In this document: positions 23,835-35,080 of the stretch, one piece after another
Numbering within the stretch: the first letter of the stretch is position 1
Layout of the letters: each line of letters opens with the position of its first letter
Assembly (NCBI RefSeq): GCF_001194135.2
Contig: NC_068986.1
Span: 9,604,145-9,654,154 of the forward strand
From: Octopus bimaculoides
Taxonomy: Eukaryota
Length of the DNA stretch: 50,010 nt
Reading direction: 5' to 3'
Notes under the pieces: model-generated
What the model was told of the DNA's origin: nothing
Database searches by the model: none
Seen by the model: the letters and a program-made list of their open reading frames with translations, nothing else
Program-made: the position numbers and the translations under genes

Positions 23835-23871
<37 letters not shown>

Positions 23872-23900
23872 AGTGGTGGTGGTGGTGGTGGTGGTGGTGG
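23811..23900. repeat. (TAC)n-(TAG)n-(GGT)n compound trinucleotide repeat
   Basis: Read directly from sequence; 23811-23860 is a perfect palindrome. Confidence 0.95.
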
Positions 23901-24301
23901 TGCATGACCTGTTGTTTTATGCCTGGAATAAGTGACACTTTGTTTCATAGAAATATAGGAATGTATTCAACAAAAATTTGAGTAAAAGAAAGTGAAACAA
24001 CATGGAACTGAAAGGAACATTTAATTGATCAAAATACAAATTAGTTTTTAACTGTTTTTCTTTCTGTGTAGAACATTAAGTACAACAAAAACAGAGAGGA
24101 AATTTTAACTGATAATCAAAGTCTGTTGTCTATGTAATAACTTTTGTGACTTTTATATTTCCACAATTGAGAAACCCTTGAGATCCTCTTAGCACAGAAA
24201 ATTGATCTTGACCAGCAAAAATCTCTTTGTCCGATGGATCACCAACTCTCCTAAGAGCAATAGACAACCAGCCATGTATGAACGCATTAGCAATATTGTA
24301 A

Positions 24302-24519
24302 GGCAGCAAGCTGTCAGAAACGTTAGCACGCCAGGTGAAATGCTTAAAGGTATTTCATCTGTCTTTACGTTCCGAGTTCAAATTCCACCGAGGTCGACTT
24401 TGCCTTTCATCCTTTCAGGGTCGATAAGTTAAGTACCAGTTGCATACTGGGGTAGATCTAATCAACTGCCCCCCTCCCCTAAAATTTTGGGCCTTGTGCC
24501 TCAAGTAGAAAAGAATATT
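24302..24519 (+). mobile_element. Second tRNA-derived SINE family, near full length
   Basis: GGCAGCAAGCTGTCAGAAACGTTAGC head, B box CGAGTTCAAATTCC, core CTTTCATCCTTTCAGGGTCGATAAGTTAAGTACCAG (resembles deeply conserved invertebrate SINE cores; not verified). Confidence 0.8.
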
Positions 24520-24639
24520 GTAAAGATTGTGAAAAAAAACTGGTCAACCTGGTTGAACAACCAATCCCTACAAGTTGGGATTTACAGTATGAGTTGTACC
24601 GTTCATCTTTTGCATCACTCAGTACAGAATATGGATCAT

Positions 24640-24835
24640 GGGACTTACATTTGGTGATTTTCCTGAGTCACCCTCTCACCCTTGTACATCAATCCACCAT
24701 TTGCAGCTGAGTGGACTGGAGCAATGTGAAAGGAAGTATTTTGCTTGAGAACACAACAGGCTGACCGGTCTGGAAATTGAACCCAGGATCTAGTGACCAT
24801 GAGTGCAGCAGACTAACCAACAGGCCATGCACCCT
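24640..24835 (-). mobile_element. Degenerate SINE of a third type
   Basis: Reverse strand GCATGGCCTGTTGGTTAG...GATCCTGGGTTCAATTTCCAG (A/B-box-like head). Confidence 0.55.
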
Positions 24836-25869
24836 CACTTTTTAAAATGTTCCCTGGATAACATTGGTCAGCAAGGCAGCAACAGACTGTGAACTTCCAT
24901 AGGATATCAATGAGTGGAGGCAACTAAACTGGCAACCCCATCGAGCTTGCTTCGTGTGGAAGGTTGGACTCCCTGTAGGACAAAAAATTAAACCCTTCAA
25001 AGGGCAGAGGAATTCATGAGTAGTCAATAACCATCCAACAATGTGTGTGTACATATGTATATATATTGTTTTTATGTATCTTATTTTATTTATATTTCTA
25101 AACTTTATATCTTTTTACATTTTTTTATGTATTTATATATATGTATAGGGCAGTGAGATTCCTTAGCCATGATGAGGGCAACCCATGTGTGTGTGTGTGT
25201 GTGTGTATTACTGTATGGGGCAGATGGGACTCCCATCTGGGAGAAGGAAAACTCTGATATGAAATCAGGTCTGTGGTTGCTGATGTTCCCCTTAGTTGGT
25301 GTGCACTACCAGCATCTACTTACTCAGTCTGGACAGTTTGGGCTCTGTAGCTTTTGAGCTATTAGACTAGCAGAAAACCCCTCTGATCTCAAATCTGTTA
25401 TCAACTTGGCATCCAACATGTGGCACATCAAGCACCAGTACAGTCAAATGCCTTTTTTGATGGAGAAAGGAATCTACACTGTGCTGCACAAACAGTGACC
25501 ACTATAAACAAACCGTGTGCAGGTAGTTCAGTAAAATACTATCAGCAAATACCACCAATATGTATTGTGCCTCCCCAATTCCTATGGCAATAATGGATAG
25601 CGACGGGAACAGATGAAGGATGTCAATGAAAGTGCTTAGCTTGAACTTCACACATAGGTAGCGAAAGGTAAATGGCCGCCTTACACAACATCTGTGAATA
25701 ATTGTGTAATTCACAACAGAGCAACTCTTTTTGTAAGATGGCACTGCTTTCCTCCTATGGAAAGGGGTCAAGAAAATGTGACCTAAAAATTGCTTACTAG
25801 CATTGCTCCCTGTCATTAGGTGTAAATGACTGGGGTACCCCAAACTGCACCAGAACATTAAGTGAATCG

Positions 25870-26470
25870 AAAATGAAAAAATCTTTTAATTGTGTCTTGG
25901 AATGTAAAAACTCTTCAGAGCAGCAAGAAAATCATAGATTGTAGGGCTGCTTTGGTTGCCTATGCTTTGAAAGAAAAAGACATTGGAATAGCAACTCTTT
26001 CAGAAACTAGACTAGCTGATTGCAGTCAGCTGCAGGAGGTCAATGGTGGATGTACTTTTTTCTGGATAGATAAGCTTCAAAAAGTAAAGCGAGAAACAGA
26101 TGTTGGGTTTGCTATTCTGGATGACTTGGTGAAACTTGTTAAATCTCTACCTGTTGGCATTAACGAAAGACTCATGTCATTGCGTATTTGCATTGGTAAG
26201 AATAAATATGCAACTATTTTCAGCTGCTCTGCTCCAACCATGAACTCAAATGAAGAAGCCAGAGAGAGAGGTTCTACTCTGAGTTATGTAGACAATTGAG
26301 AAATGGCTCCATCTTTGATAAACTTCTCCTTTGTGATTTCAATGCATGCATAGGTTGTGATACCCCATCTATATGGGGTGATGTAATAGGGAAGCATGGG
26401 GTTGGCAAAGCAAACCCAAACAGCCATCTGCTGCTTTCTGTCTGGACTTTTGATTAGTAATACTATTACC
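25870..26470 (+). mobile_element. RTE (BovB-like) LINE apurinic endonuclease fragment
   Basis: WNVKTL, IATLSETRLAD, FFW, VGFAI, LPVGINERLMSLR, APTMNS, then DFNACIG and IGKHGVGKAN after frameshift. Confidence 0.88.
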
Positions 26471-26939
26471 TTTACAGTCATGCCCCCCCCCACCTCACAT
26501 ATAATCTGTCTTCTGTCAAAACTCCCTCCACAACCCATCTTCAGCACCACCTCCATCCCACCACTCACTGCAGGCCCCTCCATTATCCCTCACTTATCTA
26601 CCATACACCCCTCCCAACCACTCCAGTTCCCTTCACCACCACCACTTGCTACAGTCACCCCTTTCCCATCTCCCCTCACACTCTTATGGAACATCCCCTT
26701 TGCCCCATCTCTACATCACTTATATTCCTCCTCCCACCATCCATTTCTCTGTCTCAGTCTCATCTTTCTCTCTGTCCACCTTTCTATTCCTGCTGGGGTA
26801 CCCAAGTATCTCCTCCATAGTAAGACCCCTATCTCTATCCCTCTGTCTATTAAACTTTAACCTACCAACTGGCACAAAACCACCTCCTTCAGTCCCACTC
26901 CCACTCGAGAGGTCTTCATCTCTCAAGTTACTTGGCAAT

Positions 26940-27130
26940 TCCACTCGTGTTGGTGCCACATAAAAAGCACCACCCAGTCCACTCTGTAAAGTGGTTGGTA
27001 TTAGGAGGAGTTTCCAGCTATAAGAACCATGCCAAAACAGACACTGGAACCTGGTGCAGCTCTCTCTGACTTGCCTAGCAACTGTCAAACTGTCCAACCC
27101 ATGCCAGCATAGAACACAGACGTTGAATGG
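26940..27130 (+). mobile_element. RTE 3' tail
   Basis: GGTGCCACATAAAAAGCACC...GTGGTTGGTATTAGGAGG...CCAACCCATGCCAGCAT. Confidence 0.75.
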
Positions 27131-27302
27131 TAATTATAATAATGGTGATAATGATATGTATGTATAAAGTGTTCCCCAATGGTCCATTCTTGTTAAGCAT
27201 CCAAATACACTTTGAACATTCAATACAAGTTTTCATGCAGCCATATCTGCTAAGACATGCTCATGATCTAACGGAAACCTGTGATTATCTTAATTTCTCC
27301 TA

Positions 27303-27638
27303 TATGCATTGTATATATAAATATATATGTATGTATGTATGTATGTATATTTATGTATGTATGTATGTATGTATGTATGTATATTTATGTATGTATGTAT
27401 GTATATTTATGTATGTATGTATGTATGTATGGATGGATGGATGTGTGTGTGTGTGTATCTATCTAAGCATGTGTGTGAGTTTGTGTGTCTATGTATGTAT
27501 ATCTATATATGTGCATGTGTGTGTATGTGTGTATGGCTGTGTATATGTAGTGTTGACCTGTACATGCGAGCATGTATATGTAAATATTTGTGCATATGTA
27601 TGTGTGTATATATATATATATATTTATGTATGCATGTA

Positions 27639-27687
<49 letters not shown>
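27303..27687. repeat. Compound (TATG)n/(TG)n/(TA)n microsatellite
   Basis: Read directly from sequence. Confidence 0.95.
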
Positions 27688-27691
<4 letters not shown>

Positions 27692-30318
27692 ATGCCAAGA
27701 AGTAAACCAGTGTGAAAAAGAAAGATTTGGAGGCTTAAGGACCCTTCATATGGTCAGAGATTTTAGGACATCCTAATTGAGATATTTGATGAAAGGGAGG
27801 ACTACAGACTTGTAACATGGCATCATTACAAATTACTGGCAACTGGGGATTCCTGAGGGACAGCTTGCTAAGTGCCACAGACGAAATCTATGGCTGGTAC
27901 AAAGTTCCATCCAGATCTAAGGTAACATGATGGTGGAACAATGCAGGAGACAGGGCCATTAGAGGTAAGAAACAGGCGTGGAAGGCCTGGAAGAATGGGT
28001 GTAGCAGGGAACTGTATCAGATTGCCAGAAAGGATGCTAAGAGACCAGTGTATCTAGCCGAGGGAAAAGCAGAAAAGAAGTTTGCCTATGTTCAGCGACA
28101 TGAGGACCAAAGAACTGAATTGTTTCAGATTACAAGACTGTGTATGAGAGAAAATTGAGATGACACAGGAGAGAAATGTCTCCGCATGGATGATGGTGCA
28201 CTTGCTTTTAATGATTCTGAAAAGAAAGACGCTTGGAAATGCCATTATGAAAAAGTCTACTGAATGTAGAAAATGAGTGAGAGGAGGAGAGTCTGCCAAA
28301 TGTTGACCCAATTGAGAAACTGGCTACTTGAATTGACAGTTCCACGGTAGATAAAGCAATTAAGGATATGAAGACAGGAAAAGCCCCTGGCCCATCAGGA
28401 ATCTCCACTGAGATGTTTAAGATATCTGGGGATTACAGTCTAGTTACCCATATTGTAAATCAGGTGGTTCCCGAAGGAGTCATACCCAGTGACTGGTGTA
28501 GCAGCATCACAATCAACTGCTACAAAGGTAACGGTAATGCCTTCAGTAGAAATAATTACAGAGGTATCGGATTGCTGAATCAGATGATGAAAGTTACAGA
28601 GAGAGTCATAGCCCAACTAATTAGGGAGAGAGTTAGCTTAGATGAGATGCAGTTTGGTTTTGTGCCGGGAAGAGGCACCACTGATGCTATATTTCTGGTA
28701 AGGCAACTGCAAGAGAAATATCTAGCCAAAGATAAATCTTTGTACTTGGCTTTTGTTGACTTGGAGGAAGCCTTTGACAGGGTCTCCTGATCCCTTATCT
28801 GGTAGTCAATGCAGAAACTAGGGATAGATGAGTGATTGGTGAAAGCTATACAAACTATGTAGAAGGATGCTACCCATAAGGTGAGGGTTGGCAATTAGTA
28901 CAGTGAAGAATTCAGGGTAGAAGTAGGGGTTCACTAAGGATCAGTGCTCAGCCCCCTCCTGTTCATCATAGTCCTCCAGGCAATAACAGAGGAATTTAAG
29001 ACAGGCTACCCCTGAGAGTTCTTCTAAGCTGATCACCTTGTTCTACCAAAGTCTTAGTAAGTAGAAAGGCAGACAAATCACAAATCCCTTCAGGTAGATG
29101 GCCCTGCTCAATCTGTAGAAAAGGTGTAGGTAGGAACTCCATAAGATGCACCCAATGTAAGCTTTGGATATATAAAAGGTACAGAAATATCAGAGGAAGG
29201 TTAACAAGGAAACTAGCGTTTGTATGTGGAAGATGCACAGGTACAATAAATGTTGAAAATGTGCAGAAAATAGACTCCATCAACTGCCAGCGGGGCAAGC
29301 TTGAGGTAGTAGATAGCTTCCGTTATCTAAGTGACCAAGTTAGTAGCGGAGGTGGATGATCCAAGAGCATAGCTGTGAAAATAAGATTACGCTGGGCAAA
29401 GTTCAGAGAGCTCCTACCCCTGCTGGCAACAAAGGGCCTCTCTCTCAGAGTGAAAGGCAGATTATTTGATATGTGTGTACAAACAGCTATGCTGGATGTC
29501 AGGGAAACATGGGCTATGACAGCTGAGGACGTGCATAGACTTGAAAGAAATAAAGCCAGTATGCTTTGCTGGATGTACACTGTCAGTGTGCATGTTCAAC
29601 AGAGTGTAAGTATCTTTACAGAAAAGGTAGGCATAAGAGGCATTGGATGTGGTGTGCAAGAGAGACAACTACACTGGTATGGTCATGTGATGTGTATGGA
29701 TGAGGACAGCTGTGTAAAGAAGTACTGATCTCTAACTGTGAAGGGAACCTGTGGTAGAGGTAGAGCCAGGAAGACATTTGAAATTTGACCCTTACAGAGG
29801 CAATGACTAGTGACCAAGACCTTTGGCAATGTGCTGTGTTTGAGAGGACCCATCAAGCCAAGTGAAATCACAGTTGTGGTAACTGGTACCTGTGCTGGTG
29901 GCATGTAAAGAACATCATTTGAGCACTGGGCCTCATGGAGACAAAGTGGCTATGTTCCTTTTGGTTGTTGGGCTTCACAGAGGCAATGACCAAGTCCTTT
30001 GGCATTATGTTGTGCTTGAGACGAAGACCCATGAAGCCGAGGAAAATCGCAGTCATGGCTGATATTGGTGTCACACAAATTGGCACCTGTGCTAGTGACA
30101 TGTATAAGTATCTCGGTATCACACAAATATCACCTGTGTCAGTGGTACATAAAAAGCACCCATTTCACTCTCGGAGTGGTTGGCATTAGGAAGGGCATCC
30201 AGCTGTAGAAAACCATGTCAAACCAGACTGGAGTCTGGTGTAGCCTTCCAGTGTGTCAGCCCAGTCAAACCGTCCAACCCATGCCAGCATGGACAAAGGA
30301 CGTTAAATGATGATGATG
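27688..30318 (+). mobile_element. 5'-truncated RTE LINE (about 2.6 kb): RT, PHD-like insert, 3' UTR and (GAT)n tail; inactivated
   Basis: MKTGKAPGPSGI, NYRGIGLL, MQFGFVPGRGTTDAIF, AFVDLEEAFDRV, GSVLSPLLF, ADHLVL, WPCSICRKGVG, LEVVDSFRYL, RLRWAKFRELLPLL, HWYGHV. Several stops and an in-RT deletion; 3' UTR has an internal duplication. Confidence 0.93.
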
Positions 30319-30505
30319 TGTGTGTGTGTGTGCATATGAACAGATATATGTATGTGTGTATGTATATATGTTTATGTGCATATGTATATATATATATGTG
30401 CAAATATGTGTATATATATATAAAATTGAATATGGTACTTATGTTTAGGCACCAGAATATAGTATGGTATTATCCTAAAACCATTCTAAGAGCAAGGTGA
30501 TCAAA

Positions 30506-31301
30506 AAATCAAAATAAGCAACTCAGATTTTAAAGATGATTGCAGTACGCACTTTTCATGCTACTCCATTTATTTAAGTAATGCAAGCATTACATTAAAT
30601 GCAATATGTAGAGCAATCTTCAGCTTCACAAAAATGTAGAAAAATTACAGTAGAATAGACATATTATAATTGTGGCAACATTTAAAATCCAAGTTTTAAA
30701 GAAGAATACATAAAAATCCATCTTGATATAGCCAAGGCTAGCAGGCTAGTAATTAGTTTTAGGTAGAATTCTAACTGTCTCTGATTTTATTGTCTCTTAT
30801 CTAGTGGTTATAGTATAAGGGGCAATCCCTTCCAAGGAAAGGGAAGGTGTACGCATTATACATGGATATAGTTATAAAGGTTTCTCTGGTCAGAGTNNNN
30901 NNNNNNNNNNNNNNNNNNNNNNNNNNNNNNNNNNNNNNNNNNNNNNNNNNNNNNNNNNNNNNNNNNNNNNNNNNNNNNNNNNNTATAGATAAGGAAGGTG
31001 TAAAATTTAAGACAATTATATATATTGGGCTCAGAAAAGTATTTTGAATTATTTTAAAAAATTATTTTAAAAAATTTAAGCTAATATATATAATAATACT
31101 ATTTTAAAGACACATAAAAGGTACGCTTAATTTTTATAATGTAAAGAATTAGTATAGGATCTGTAATTTTTCTACATTTTTGTGCAGCTGAAGACTGCTC
31201 TACATATTGCATTTAATGTAATGCTTGCATTACTTAAATAAATGGAGTAGCATGAAACGTGCGTACTGCAATCATCTTTAAAATCCGTGTTGCTTATTTT
31301 G

Positions 31302-31305
<4 letters not shown>
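30506..31305. mobile_element. Unclassified long-TIR (foldback/MITE-like) element
   Basis: 145-bp inverted arms 30506-30650 and 31161-31305 with about 5 mismatches; AT-rich interior containing a gap; no TSD found. Confidence 0.7.
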
Positions 31306-31335
<30 letters not shown>

Positions 31336-32558
31336 NNNNNNNNNNNNNNNNNNNNNNNNNNNNNNNNNNNNNNNNNNNNNNNNNNNNNNNNNNNNNNNNN
31401 NNNNNNNNNNNNNNNNNNNNNNNNNNNNNNNNNNNNNNNNNNNNNNNNNNNNNNNNNNNNNNNNNNNNNNNNNNNNNNNNNNNNNNNNNNNNNNNNNNNN
31501 NNNNNNNNNNNNNNNNNNNNNNNNNNNNNNNNNNNNNNNNNNNNNNNNNNNNNNNNNNNNNNNNNNNNNNNNNNNNNNNNNNNNNNNNNNNNNNNNNNNN
31601 NNNNNNNNNNNNNNNNNNNNNNNNNNNNNNNNNNNNNNNNNNNNNNNNNNNNNNNNNNNNNNNNNNNNNNNNNNNNNNNNNNNNNNNNNNNNNNNNNNNN
31701 NNNNNNNNNNNNNNNNNNNNNNNNNNNNNNNNNNNNNNNNNNNNNNNNNNNNNNNNNNNNNNNNNNNNNNNNNNNNNNNNNNNNNNNNNNNNNNNNNNNN
31801 NNNNNNNNNNNNNNNNNNNNNNNNNNNNNNNNNNNNNNNNNNNNNNNNNNNNNNNNNNNNNNNNNNNNNNNNNNNNNNNNNNNNNNNNNNNNNNNNNNNN
31901 NNNNNNNNNNNNNNNNNNNNNNNNNNNNNNNNNNNNNNNNNNNNNNNNNNNNNNNNNNNNNNNNNNNNNNNNNNNNNNNNNNNNNNNNNNNNNNNNNNNN
32001 NNNNNNNNNNNNNNNNNNNNNNNNNNNNNNNNNNNNNNNNNNNNNNNNNNNNNNNNNNNNNNNNNNNNNNNNNNNNNNNNNNNNNNNNNNNNNNNNNNNN
32101 NNNNNNNNNNNNNNNNNNNNNNNNNNNNNNNNNNNNNNNNNNNNNNNNNNNNNNNNNNNNNNNNNTATATATATATATATACATATATATTTATATTATA
32201 TATATTTTTCCCCTTTTGTGCATTTTTTTTGTACATATACTTGTAAGAAAAAATCTTTTGCTATTTAAGCAACCAGTAAAAATAAAACATTTTTCAGTTT
32301 GCAGACAGTTACTTGAAGCTCGTAACTCATATCAGAGTAACTCACTTGTAAACATTATAATTAAGATTACAATAAAAATTAAACCCCCACCCCAGCCATC
32401 TCTACTCATTTTTTCAAATATATATAATACTGTACCAGGAACTTTCTTTTTATTATTCTACTATGTTTGTATGTAAGTATGTATGTATGTACATATATAT
32501 GTATGTATGTACATATATATGTATGTATGTATGTATCAGGCCATTGCGTATTTATGTA

Positions 32559-33345
32559 TCAGGTCATTAAGAATGAATTGTCCAATTTTGAACTGAAAGT
32601 TTATTTTACGTTATCTCAACAAAAAGCAATGCAGTTAATCAAAGTATGCACCCAAATTATCAACACAATTTTGCCATTTTATTGGTAACTTATTTATGCC
32701 AGCAGTGAAGAATTGTGGAGAGCAAAAGGAGATGAAATCATGAAAGGCTGTTTTTGCATCTTCTTCAGATTTGAAGATTTTGTTCTTGCAAAAAGTTGTC
32801 TAATGCCTGGAAAACATGATAGTCAGTTGATGCAAGGTCTGGTGAATATGGTGGATGACGGTAATTCCAAGTTCAGTTCCTGTGACTTGAGTAGCGTTCT
32901 TTGTGCAACATGTGGTCAACCATTGTCTTGCAAGAGAATTGGCTTATCTCTATTGACAAATCCTGGTTGCTTAATTACAAGTTCACTCATCATTTCATCC
33001 AGTCGTTTGATGTATACATCCACTATTATTGATTTACCAGATCTCATGAAGCTGTAGTGGATGATACCAGTGCTGAACCACTAAACAGACACCATTAGCT
33101 TTTTTTTTGGTGAATACCCTTTTTTGGATTGTGTTTTGGTGCTTCCTCTCTATCTAACTACCGTGCAGAACACTTGTTATTGTTGAAAAGAATCCGTTTT
33201 TCATCCTACATAGCAATACTATGCAAAAATGGTTTGCTTTTATTCTGTGACAGCAAAGAACAGCAAGTTTCAAGACTTGAGCTTTTCTAGTCTACCCCCA
33301 ATAGTCAAGGCCTGTCATGCCATCTATCTTTTCTGTAATTGACCT
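32559..33345 (-). mobile_element. Third mariner lineage, 3' half with one TIR
   Basis: TA|TCAGGTCATTAAGAATGAATTGTCC end. Minus-strand DEKRILF, IHQKK, ILLQDNG, HPPYSPDLASTDYH (frameshifted). Confidence 0.85.
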
Positions 33346-33355
33346 TTGAAGTGCT

Positions 33356-33700
33356 TCAACTTTCATATGACTCTACTGCTTCTTTGTCAGCAGTTGAGGT
33401 GGGAGTGCCTGGTTTCAAACTGCTTGTAGACGAATCAACACTGGGTAGATTAAAATCTTCCATCATAATTATGTTATTAGAATGGTACTGTTGAATAAAG
33501 CAATTAATGCTGTTGAGGCATTCATTAAAGCACAGTGTGGCTGTTTGAGGTGGTCTATGCAGCTCAATTACTATCAGGTCATTTGTTTTGTTGTGCATAG
33601 TGACCGATTCACAGTAGCCATTGGAGAATGTCATATTTCCATCTGCCAAAAAGGAATCATGCAGGAAAATGGCAGTTCCACTCTTTCTTCTGTCAACTCG
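33356..33700 (-). mobile_element. CR1/L2-type LINE apurinic endonuclease fragment
   Basis: DRVDRRKSGTAIFL, LHRPP, IIMMEDFNLPSVD resemble the APE motifs DR..RGGGV, YRPP and GDFNLP. Confidence 0.72.
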
Positions 33701-33759
33701 ATCGACGCAGATGGTTGTGAAATTCCTCGCGATCACTTCGGTTTCCAAGTGGGAATTGC

Positions 33760-33920
33760 CACTACACTCTCTGAGTGGTTGGCTTTAGGAAGGGCATCCA
33801 GCTGTAGAAACTCTGCCAAATCAGATTGAAGCCTGGTGCAGCCTTCTGGTTCGCCAGTCCTCAGTCAAATCGTCCAACCCATGCTAGCATGGAAGACGGA
33901 CGATAAACGATGATGATGAT
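33760..33920 (+). mobile_element. RTE 3' tail
   Basis: GAGTGGTTGGCTTTAGGAAGGGCATCCAGC...CCCATGCTAGCATGG...ACGATGATGATG. Confidence 0.87.
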
Positions 33921-34104
33921 GTATATGTATACATGTATATATATATATGTATGTATATGTATGTATATGGATATATATATATATGTTTGTGTATATATGT
34001 ATGTATGTATATGTATAAGTATGTATGTAAACATATGTATGTATATGTATATATATGTATCTATATATATATGTGTATCTATGTATATATATCTGCATGT
34101 ATAT

Positions 34105-34640
34105 ATGTATATTGTTCAGTTTTATTTCAAAATTTCTTGCCAATAGAGGAAGGATCCGGTTTCTAACCTAGATTCAAGGCTCCTTCATTGGAATTTCTAC
34201 ATCAACAACAGGTTATTTTTGTTTGTATGTATGTATATGTGCAGATTTGTATGTTTTGCTTTATGTATGTATTCTCATGCATATATTTGCATATCTAGAC
34301 ATGCTCGTATATACTTAAATGATAAACTTCTGGAAAGTTTTACAGATTTTTACAGTTCCAGTGATGGATTGGATCTGTAGTCTTCGAATTAGCTTTCTCT
34401 TTTCTGGTTTTGAGAAGCCTAATTTTTCAAGATTGGTATTTAGGCAGTGAGTTACATATCTGAGGTCCCCAATAATTACAGGTATAAATCTGGATAGAGT
34501 AACAACAGATTTCTCATTAGATCAGCATAGATGTTCTCTTTTTCACTGATGTTCAGCTTTATGTTAACATCCGCTGGGCAGCTAATTTCCACAAATGTGC
34601 AGTTTCTTTTCTCCATCTCAAATCCTTATATCAGGTCTTT
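34105..34640 (-). mobile_element. 3' end of an RLE-type non-LTR retrotransposon (R4/Dong-like)
   Basis: VEISCPADVNIKLNISEK...IPVIIGDLRYVTHCLNTNLEKLGFSK...GTVKICKTFQKFII* matches the restriction-like endonuclease C-terminus; followed by a 3' UTR. Confidence 0.7.
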
Positions 34641-34789
34641 TGTGTTTACATTTATATGTATGTGAATAATATTAACAAAAATTTAGCTGTTGATTCAAGA
34701 AAGAGTTAACGAGCAAGTTGTTGATTCAAGTGTATCAGCAAGGAAAAGGAATGATATTTGGGAATGTATTTTGAATATACAAAAGACGC

Positions 34790-35040
34790 TGAACAGCTCT
34801 AGTGTAAACTAAGCTTACGCACCATATAGCTAGTTTGGGCCAAAGTATGTAAACTCCCGGACCGCATCGAGTGGTTGTTGATGGTAATGATTGTGGGATC
34901 CCAGATGCCTTGGCCCATTACCTTGGTCTTCCATTGGCTGACTGTTAAGCTGAAGGCACAGCATGCCCGGTTGAGATTGTCCATCATTGTCTGCAGTTAC
35001 AGTTCTGTATGAGCTACTAGATTCACATCGTCGGCAAACG
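34790..35040 (-). mobile_element. RTE RT fragment
   Basis: FADDVNLVAHTE, LQTMMD, LTVSQWKTKVMGQG. Confidence 0.78.
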
Positions 35041-35044
35041 GCAT

Positions 35045-35080
35045 CTTTAACGTTTCGAGCCTACATTCTTCCACAGAAAG
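35045..35080 (-). ncRNA. Minimal type I hammerhead-ribozyme-like motif (variant or degenerate core)
   Basis: Minus strand CTTT-CTGTGGA-A-GAAT GTAG GCTC-GAAA-CGT-T-AAAG: stem I CTTT/AAAG, imperfect stem II, palindromic ACGT stem III. Confidence 0.55.

Noticed and set aside
23350-24290. Minus-strand exon-like segment (AEEKVRQLIHSG...) with a good acceptor
   Set aside because: Neighbouring frames show stops and vague piggyBac-like motifs; more likely a decayed transposase, and neither call is supportable.
27127-27705. YVCM/YIYI-rich ORFs here and at 11217, 33910, 41917 and elsewhere
   Set aside because: Translations of TA/TG/TATG/CT microsatellites.
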